Shown here: in pieces, positions 36,428 through 44,145 of the stretch
Layout: every line of letters starts with the position of its first letter
Position numbering within the stretch: the stretch's first letter is position 1
NCBI GenBank assembly: GCA_012862495.1
Contig: BLSG01000330.1
Location: 80,588-124,732, forward strand
Direction of reading: 5' to 3'
DNA length: 44,145 bases
Source of the DNA: Thraustochytrium aureum
Taxonomy: Eukaryota
The notes under the pieces: generated by a model
What the model was told of the DNA's origin: nothing
Seen by the model: only the letters and a program-made list of their open reading frames with translations
Database searches by the model: none
Made by a program: the position numbers and the translations under genes

Positions 36428-38682
36428 ATGCGAGGCGGGCGAGCGAGTGGCAGTCCAGCAACGCGCGAGACGCAGACACCGAACGCGACAGGAGCAGCAG
36501 CAGCAGCAGGAGCAGCAGGAGCAGTAGGAGCAGTAGGAGCAGCAGCACGTGGAGCAGGACACCTGCGTGAAGGCGCTCGAGATGGGGGACCCGCCGCCAA
36601 CACTGATGTCGTCGACCTGGACGCGCTGGGCGCGACGCTGACAGCGTCCAAGAGCCTGATCAGGAAGCTTAAGGCGGAAGGNGCCCGGCGGAGCAGGTGA
36701 GGGAGGAAGTGGAACGGATGCAGGCGCTGCAGACCCAGCTGCAGGCGCTGGTGGCTGAACGCGAGGGGCCCACGTTTGACCGCGAAGGGCTCGAGGACGT
36801 GCTGACAAGGCGCATGATCGTGGTGCCCTCGTTTGAGATCCACGGGGGCGTGAGCGGGTTTTACGACTTTGGACCCGTGGGATGCGCCTTGAAGGACAAC
36901 ATCATCGCCGAGTGGAAAAAGCACTTTGTGTTGGCAGAGCGCATGCTCCCGGTGGAAGCAACCTGCCTCACCGCGGAGGCCGTGCTCAAGGCCTCCGGGC
37001 ACGTGGAGCGGTTCGCCGACCTGATGGTCAAGGACGAGTCCTCCGGGATGTGCTACCGCGCTGACAAGCTGCTGGAGGACCACATCGAGAACATGATCAA
37101 GGCCGACCCGGCGATGCCAGCCGCGGAGCGCGAGGAGCTCGAACGCATCCACCGGCAAGCAGACGCCTTTTCGACCGAGGAGCTGGGCGAGCTGATCAGC
37201 GGGCGTTTCAAGATCGTCGCCCCCGACTCGGGCAACCCGCTCAGCGAGCCGTTCCCCTTCAACCTGATGTTCAAGAGCATGATCGGACCGGAGGGCACCA
37301 ACGTGGGCTACCTGCGGCCCGAAACGGCGCAGGGGATCTTCGTCAACTTTCGCCGGCTCCTCGACTACAACGCCGGCAAGGTGCCGTTCGCGGCGGCGCA
37401 GGTGGGCCTGGGCTTTCGCAACGAGATCAACCCGCGCAACGGGCTGATCCGCGTGCGCGAGTTTTGCATGGCCGAGATCGAGCACTTCGTGCACCCGAAC
37501 GAGAAGGAGCACGCCAAGTTCGGCACGGTCAAGGACCTCGTGCTGACCCTGTTTCCTTCGGACAACCAGCTCTCGACCGGCAAGCTGGTGGAGATGACCG
37601 TGGGCGACGCCGTGGCCAACGGGGTGATCGGGAACGAGACCCTGGCCTACTTTATGGCGCGCACGCACCTGTTCATGCAGCGCATCGGCATTGACATGAA
37701 CCGCGTGCGGTTCAGGCAGCACCTTCCTACGGAGATGGCCCACTACGCGAGCGACTGCTGGGATGCCGAGATCAAGATGTCGTACGGCTGGATCGAGTGC
37801 GTGGGCCATGCAGACCGCGCTTGCTACGACCTGCAGGTGCACTCGGAGGCGACCAACGTGGACCTGATGGCCTCGCGGCGCGTTGAACCGCCGCGCGAGG
37901 AGACGTTTGCCAAGGTGACTGCCGACAAGAAGACCATGGGCAAGGCCTTCAAGCGCGACTCGGCGATGATCCTCGAGTACATCTCGCAGACCCTCCCCGT
38001 CGACGAGGCCTGCGCGCTGAGCGACAAGCTCGCTGCCGGCGAAAAGGTCGAGATCACGGTGCCCGGCCCGGAGCCCAAGTCGTTTGTGCTCGAGCCCGGC
38101 ATGCTGAGTGCGACCAAGAGCACGCGCATGGTGCACGACGAAAAGTTTTTCCCGTCCGTGATCGAGCCGTCGTTCGGGATCGGCCGCATCCTCTACGCCT
38201 TGCTCGAGCACTCGTACTACCTGCGCCCCGAGGCGGGCGCCGAGGAGGAGACGGACGTCGTGCGCAAGTCGGGCAAGGGCACGGTGGACCGCACCGTCTT
38301 CGCGTTCAACCCCATCATCGCGCCCATCAAGGTGAGCGTCTGCCCCGTGCGCAAGACGCCAGACCAGGAGGCCTTTGTGCTCGACGTCGCTGACCGCCTG
38401 CTTGACATTGGGGTCTACTCGACCTGCGACGTCAGCAGCACGGGGATCGGTCGCAAGTACGCCCGCTTTGACGAGGTGGGCGTCCCCTTCGTGCTTACCG
38501 TCGACCCGCAGTCGCTCGAGGACAGGACGGTCACGCTGCGCGAGCGCGACTCGCAGTCGCAGATCCGCGCGCCGCTCGATGACGTCCTAGCCTACACCCT
38601 GCAGCTCTCCAGCGGCCTGCTCGCCTTCGACTCGCTCATCGAAAAGCACGGCCTCTTCACCGCCACCGCGGACGACGAGTAA
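36428..38682 (+). CDS. GARS1: Glycyl-tRNA synthetase (eukaryotic alpha2 type) with N-terminal WHEP-like helix pair; frameshift next to the N at 36682; start uncertain (36428 or 36582)
   Basis: SFEIHGGVSGFYDFGPVG, VLKASGHVERFAD, FNLMFKS, YLRPETAQGIF, FRNEINPRNGLIRVREF, EMAHYASDCWD, GWIECVGHADR, IEPSFGIGRI, IGRKYARFDEVG motifs. Confidence 0.97.
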
Positions 38683-39193
38683 CAACAAACAACCAGGCCG
38701 ACCGGCCCCAAACCAACGCCCTCCACCCCTGCCGCCGCCCAGCGCTTGTCCGCCAGCCAGTCCGGGGCCTCGTCCTCGGCAATGTCGTGCCATGCAATGT
38801 CGTCCTCCGCAACGTCGTTCCATGCAACGTCGCGCCATGCAACGTCGTGCCATGCAACGTCGTCCTTGGCAATGTCGTCCTTGGCAATGTCGTGCCATGA
38901 AATGTCGCGCCATGCAACGTCGTGCCATGCAATGTCGCGCCATGCAACGTCGTGCCATGCAACGTCGTCCTTAGCAATGTCGTGCCATGCAATGTCGTGC
39001 CATGCAATGTCGCGCCATGCAACGTCGTCCTCGGCAATGTCGTCCTTGGCAATGTCGTGCCATGCAATGTCGCGCCATGCAACGTCGTCCCTGTCAACGT
39101 CGTCCCCGTCAACGTCCTCCTCGGCAATACCGTGCTGTGCACTGCGTCCGACCCGTCTTGCCTCCGGCGTGAGCGCTGCGGATGGATCTCCAT
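38657..39193 (-). CDS. Possible pentapeptide-repeat protein encoded by the 15-bp array ([AT]T[LF]HG/TTLPR repeats)
   Basis: Open 178-aa frame with an ATG. The alternative open frame 38592-39335 gives D[IV]AW[HR]/D[IV]A[KE]D repeats. Coding status is not established. Confidence 0.3.
   Translation of the reverse strand: MEIHPQRSRRRQDGSDAVHSTVLPRRTLTGTTLTGTTLHGATLHGTTLPRTTLPRTTLHGATLHGTTLHGTTLLRTTLHGTTLHGATLHGTTLHGATFHGTTLPRTTLPRTTLHGTTLHGATLHGTTLRRTTLHGTTLPRTRPRTGWRTSAGRRQGWRALVWGRSAWLFVVTRRPRWR
38779..39138. repeat. Minisatellite: 24 tandem 15-bp units, consensus GCAAYGTCG(YGCCAT|TCCTYG)
   Basis: Exact 15-bp periodicity from 38779 to 39124 with no indels, two unit subtypes and degenerate last units. 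Confidence 0.95.
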
Positions 39194-40225
39194 CCATCTG
39201 TGATCTGTGGATCATCCGTCTATCTCGGCCGCGTGTCTGCCTGGCGCCTTTGGACGCGGTCGAGGCGCTGGATTGGGCGGGCGGCGTTCCGGTCGGGTTT
39301 GTCGGCCTCGAGTTTGCTCGAGTTTGGCCTGCCATTCGGCTCGGCTCGGGCAGGATTGGGCTTCGTTAACTGGCTCGGAGCGACTCGATGCCGGCCGGGA
39401 TGCTGCGGCGAGGCGCGGGCGCTGCTNNNNNNNNNNNNNNNNNNNNNNNNNNNNNNNNNNNNNNNNNNNNNNNNNNNNNNNNNNNNNNNNNNNNNNNNNN
39501 NNNNNNNNNNNNNNNNNNNNNNNNNNNNNNNNNNNNNNNNNNNNNNNNNNNNNNNNNNNNNNNNNNNNNNNNNNNNNNNNNNNNNNNNNNNNNNNNNNNN
39601 NNNNNNNNNNNNNNNNNNNNNNNNNNNNNNNNNNNNNNNNNNNNNNNNNNNNNNNNNNNNNNNNNNNNNNNNNNNNNNNNNNNNNNNNNNNNNNNNNNNN
39701 NNNNNNNNNNNNNNNNNNNNNNNNNNNNNNNNNNNNNNNNNNNNNNNNNNNNNNNNNNNNNNNNNNNNNNNNNNNNNNNNNNNNNNNNNNNNNNNNNNNN
39801 NNNNNNNNNNNNNNNNNNNNNNNNNNNNNNNNNNNNNNNNNNNNNNNNNNNNNNNNNNNNNNNNNNNNNNNNNNNNNNNNNNNNNNNNNNNNNNNNNNNN
39901 NNGCAAAGTAAACGCGTGGGCTGGGGCGAGGCGAGCCTCGGACAAGGCGAGCCACGGACGCGTCAAGCGGTCCGCTAGTGCTGCCGAGCACTAAATAACG
40001 ACATTTCTTATTCTAAGCGGAACGGACGATGTGCTTCGTTGGTGTCTCGTCGTTGCTCGCACCAGGCCGCGCGTCAGGCGCAAAGGCGAGTCCAAAGTAG
40101 TAGGGCGAGACCAAGCACGACACCCATGACAGCCAGCAGTGGCACGACGAGGCATGGAGGCGACAGGATTGAGAAACGAACAGGACCGGGCTAGTCGGGT
40201 CGAGGTGGTGGTGGTATTTATCATA

Positions 40226-40738
40226 TCATGGTTTTGGTGCTGCCGGCGCCGATGTTGCTGCTCTAAGTCCGGGCAGTGCGTGAAAGGTCTTGAGTATCCT
40301 GTTCCAACGCACGCCACGAACGACCTTGTGACGAAGCGCGCGGGGGATAAGCTTGATCGGCGGCATCGCGCCGCCCGTGAACCAGACTACACGGCAGACT
40401 GTGTCCAGCTCTACGAGCGACCGAACAACCTTGGTGTGGTCGTCCACAAACACAGAAATGCCGAGTCGGCGAACCACGTCTGCCTTGTCCGCATACTCCC
40501 GCACAAAGATGACGTTGTCCCTGTCCAAGCCCGTCATTTCAAACACGTTTCGCTCTTCGAGCCACTCGAGAATCGCGTTTGCCATCTCTGTGCGCGCCTT
40601 GGACACGATGAAAACGTTGGCAACCCCAAACTTGCGCACCAAGAACGAGACTGCGGCGATCGCCCCGGGGTAGGCGTCCGGTTCTTCCGTGGTTGCCAGC
40701 GTCTTGCCAAAGTCCAGCCCGACTCGCACAGGCACCAT
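40226..40738 (-). CDS. Small capless HAD-superfamily-like protein (DxG variant of motif I)
   Basis: RVGLDFGKTL (motif I), YPGAIAAV, VFIVSK (motif II), DKADVVRRLG (motif III Lys), VFVDD (motif IV). 170 aa with clean ATG and stop. Confidence 0.75.
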   Translation of the reverse strand: MVPVRVGLDFGKTLATTEEPDAYPGAIAAVSFLVRKFGVANVFIVSKARTEMANAILEWLEERNVFEMTGLDRDNVIFVREYADKADVVRRLGISVFVDDHTKVVRSLVELDTVCRVVWFTGGAMPPIKLIPRALRHKVVRGVRWNRILKTFHALPGLRAATSAPAAPKP

Positions 40739-41396
40739 CGCGCGTGCCCGTCTCCGCCGCTTCCGCTTTTCGAACTAAAACAATGCAACAAAACGAGGTC
40801 TCATGCGTCTCGACACCGTGGCTTGTTTCGCGAACGTCTCGAAGCAAGAGGACACACCGCGAGAACGGGACGCCACCTCGCACGTCACGGTGTTGTTGTC
40901 CATCCGATGAGGCGGGAGCTCGACGACGAGACGGAGCGGCCACGGTGGGAAAGCAAAGCGGCGAAACCGAAGCAAGCCGTCTTTCTCTTTTGATCTTTTG
41001 ATCAATGATCTTGATCAAGGAAGAGCAAAAGGAGAACGAACGACTCGGCGCTGGCGCTGCCACAACGTACAGGGGTGGGAAGTGGAATTGATGCGCGCTG
41101 GCGAGGTCCCGCGCAAGCTGGAAGCCTTCGCCGATTCGAGCGTTCCAACTCCCAACAGAGGATTCTCCAGAGCCCTGTCTACTACAGAGAATCACCATCG
41201 AGCTCTTCTCCATCGCGCCCTCGCCGCCAACCTGTTCCAAGTCCGCCCGACGGCAAGTGCGTCCAGAATCGATCCGCGCCCATGCGCAGCTCGATCTCGA
41301 ATCGATCCTCGCCCAGCTGCAGACCCGACGTTACTTACCTCGCCTTGCGCGTAACTTACCAACCGCTCGCGCACGCCAACCAACCCACCCTCCCTC

Positions 41397-41830
41397 GCCC
41401 GCCAGCCAGCCAGCCAGCCATCCCGCGACGGCCGTGATCGAGTGCAGTGGACGCGCGCACCCAAACCGAGCGGCAGCCCCAGCGCCGTTCTGCTGCTCGC
41501 TCGACAACGCACGGGCAGGCAGACGCGGTCGGAGTCCATCCCGTGCAAGTCGATCAATGGCGAGCGACGGACCACCACCAACAAACAAACAAACAAAGCC
41601 TCGCGAAACCCTCGCCGCGGCGTAACGATGCACGGCACGCCGTTACCAACGCGCTCGTGCGGTAAGCTACGCGCGCGCGGGCATCCCGGCCACGAAGGAC
41701 AGGAGGCTGCACATGCATGGATGCGGGGGAGTTGGCAAACACCATTCTGGCAAACACCATTCGTCAACCAGCACGGGACTTGGCCAGACGCGCATCGAGC
41801 CAGCCAGCCAGCCAGCCAGCCAGGCAGCCA
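41397..41830. repeat. Microsatellites (GCCA)n 41397-41420, (ACAA)n 41579-41597, (GCCA)n 41798-41830, plus a 16-bp tandem duplicate TGGCAAACACCATTC 41733-41762
   Basis: Directly visible in the intergenic region. Confidence 0.8.
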
Positions 41831-42238
41831 GGGTCGCCGAAGGACCGATAAAGGCAGCTAGTCGGTCGTTGGGCCCTTGAGCTGCTCGTGCAGGCTTGCT
41901 TGGCTGGTTGCCTGCGAGGTTGACGCACGGCCAAGGCAGGCGCCTCGAGGACTTGAGCGCCGTCGGTTGCCAGCCCGCCGCCGCTCGAGGACCTTGGTCG
42001 CGGGCCGACGACGTGCACGACGCTGACGACGCACGACGCGATGCGCTTGTGAGCCGACGGGAAGTGACGTGGATTTTCGCGACAGGTCTTGCGGCGGCGC
42101 GGTGCTGGTGGAACAAGGGTTGAAGCGGTGCAGGTGGCGGTCGCGGTGGAAGCGTTGCAAGGCGCGAGGCGGTGCGGGGCGCTGGCAAAGCGTTGCGAGG
42201 TGCGAGGCGCTGTTGCGGGGCGCGAGGGCGGGTGCAGA

Positions 42239-42631
42239 ATGACCGAGGTGTTCGCCGGGCCTTCCTTTCGTTTAGGCATGGGGGGCGCGAAGGTCAACGA
42301 GATGGGCGCAACGGAGCAAGGCTCGGAGCATGCCTGGCTCGCCGAGCTGGAGGGTCGCATGATGAGCATCTGCGGCGTGTGCCCCGACTTTTTGCTCCCG
42401 ACTGTCCTTGAAGGCATGTTGGGCGAGCTTGTTCGCGAGGTGCCTCAGAGTCAACTGACAGAGGCGCTGGCCGCTCTCAAGGCGAGCCGCTTCGAAAAGC
42501 ACGACGGGTTTGTGCTCGGGCTCAAGGCGCTCGACGGGTGCGCCCGCGAAGGAGCGAACGCGTTCTTCGGCCGCCTGCAGGCCATGTCGCCTGCCCAGGT
42601 GCGCGAGTTTCGCGCGTCTGCGCTCCCCTGA
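42239..42631 (+). CDS. Hypothetical protein (~130 aa, helical)
   Basis: ATG-initiated, GC3-rich codons and amphipathic protein-like composition (WLAELEGRMMSICGVCPDFLLPTVLEGML). No family recognised. Confidence 0.55.
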   Translation: MTEVFAGPSFRLGMGGAKVNEMGATEQGSEHAWLAELEGRMMSICGVCPDFLLPTVLEGMLGELVREVPQSQLTEALAALKASRFEKHDGFVLGLKALDGCAREGANAFFGRLQAMSPAQVREFRASALP

Positions 42632-43148
42632 GCGCGAGGGGCGCGGCAATGAGGGCTGACTGAGGCTGACCTCGTCGAGCGAACTCGCAAGCGTTAGATC
42701 GGCTGTCAGGCAGCGCGAGTGCGGGCCATTGTAGAGAGTGGAGGGGGAGAGAAGTAGGGGAGTCGGATGTGGTGTAGCTGAGCGGGCGCCGAGCGCCCTT
42801 CGAAGCTAGCGTGTTATTGCCGCACCGCTCCCAGTGGCGAAGGGCACCTGGTCGAGTGAATCGACTGGGCAGGCCTTTCTCCGGAAAAGAATCCCGCTCC
42901 ACCAAACCGAGCGCGCCGAGCGCGCTTATTTTGTGGTTTCCGTGCGCGTTGTCGAGAGCAGACCTGGAAAGTAAAAGAAAGAAAACTATAAAAGCAACTT
43001 TGCTTTCTCGGCGGTGGAGCGGGAGGGTCGAGTCCTTTGCTGCAGTTGTCAACAGTTTGTTCACCAGCCGACCCGAGCGACGCGAGGGCAACATGCCTAC
43101 CCCAGGCGATGCCGCCCGCCACGCGCAACGGTTGTGCAGGCAGACTCA

Positions 43149-44145
43149 TCAGGAGCGAGGCAGGTGCGGGAGACGGCCAAAGTCGTCCTTCCAGTGCGCT
43201 GCCAGGGCGTGGTGCTTGCTGGCGATCCGCTTCAGGAAATCCTCTGGGCCTTCGTGCGGCCGCCAGTCCACGTCGCACCGCTGCAGGACCATCGCAAGAA
43301 TCATGTCTACAACGCTCATGCGGTCGCCCTCTGCCGGCCCGGACTCGGAGGCCTCCAAGCCGTCGTGCTGGCCCTCCGATGCGTCGGCGCCAAGGTGATC
43401 GAAATTCTCGGCTTGCAGTCGATCGACGTCGTCCTGCGCTTCCAGCACTGAGGCGCGCACGACTTCGAGCTGCTCCTTGCAGCCAGACACAAGCTCCGGG
43501 TCCGTCTCGGGGTCCGTCTCTTGCAAAAGCAGCTCGATCTCGCCCTGCAGCTTGGAGAGCGCATCCAGGCGCTCGAGCGTCTCCTGGCGCTCCAGCTGGG
43601 CGAGCTCCTCCTTCTCGGCGAGCCGGTCCAGCTCCTCGAGCATCGCCTTTTTCCACATTATTGTGCGCGAGCAGCGCTGGACGTGCTCCTTTATCGAGAG
43701 GAGCGACCCGCGCCCGCCGCAGTCGTACAAGCACATGGACTGGATGTCTTCCCACACGTGCATTGTGTTGAGCATCTCCTCACGAGTCTCGTCGTAGACC
43801 GCCGCGGGGTACTCGACGACGGCAAACTCTTTTTTCTGGCATGCGTCGCTGGAGGCGCGCAAGGTCGGTGGCGACGCTCCGCCGTGTGCTGTGGAAAAAT
43901 GCGCGGCCCTCGAACAGGCTCTCGCAAATCGCATCGAGGTCCTTGTGCGAGGTGCACAGCTGGTCGAACACCTCGCCGCGAATGTCCTGCTCCGTCGCAA
44001 GCCCATGCTCTCTGTACAGCGAGGCGTCTATAATAAACAAGGGCGCGTCTTCCAAAGCCTGTGCGTCCTCCACTTCCAAGGCGGGCTTCGCATTTGGTGT
44101 CAGGTCGGGCGCAAGTGCGCGTGGCTCATGACTATGGCCGGCCGC
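43149..44145 (-). CDS. Hypothetical coiled-coil protein, 5' end beyond the window; frameshift at ~43833
   Basis: Frame open from the window edge (..LFIIDASLYREHG..RRMPEK) joins EFAVVEYP..WKKAMLEELDRLAEKEE..WKDDFGRLPHLPRS* if one A is removed from the A6 run. Confidence 0.75.

Noticed and set aside
35730..36527. 265-aa ORF upstream of GlyRS
   Set aside because: Arg/Ser-rich with no domain signature; cannot be supported.
36370..38211. 613-aa antisense ORF opposite GlyRS (and similar ORFs at 9391-11034 and 14248-15495)
   Set aside because: Shadow ORFs expected from strong GC3 codon bias; no protein-like motifs.
38779..39138. 15-bp array as a CRISPR array
   Set aside because: Units are contiguous with no unique spacers, there are no cas genes and the context is eukaryotic.
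145..44145. Frameshifted genes as pseudogenes
   Set aside because: Catalytic motifs are intact, there are no in-frame nonsense codons, essential genes are affected and the shifts sit at homopolymers.

Overview
GC-rich, gene-dense, nearly intron-free eukaryotic nuclear DNA from a draft assembly with about a dozen N gaps. Gene content, tetranucleotide microsatellites and one short GT-AG intron suggest a protist, possibly a labyrinthulomycete/thraustochytrid (inference only). Genes: PhoD phosphatase, an orphan protein with a PAS/PAC-like C-terminus, GH79 heparanase-like glycosidase, IQ-motif protein, BioF, a large BEACH/WD40 protein, stand-alone FabD/MCAT, Vps18, an MGAT5-like (GT18) glycosyltransferase, glycyl-tRNA synthetase, a small HAD-like protein and two hypothetical proteins. 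About 12 single-base frameshifts, nearly all at homopolymer runs, interrupt otherwise intact genes and are most likely sequencing errors. No clear novel multi-gene system was found. The best leads are the PAS-domain orphan (possible sensor/regulator), a 24 x 15-bp array that may encode a pentapeptide-repeat protein, the GT18 enzyme with an Asp at the catalytic Glu position, and the DxG-type HAD protein. All family calls come from motif recognition by eye; no searches were run.
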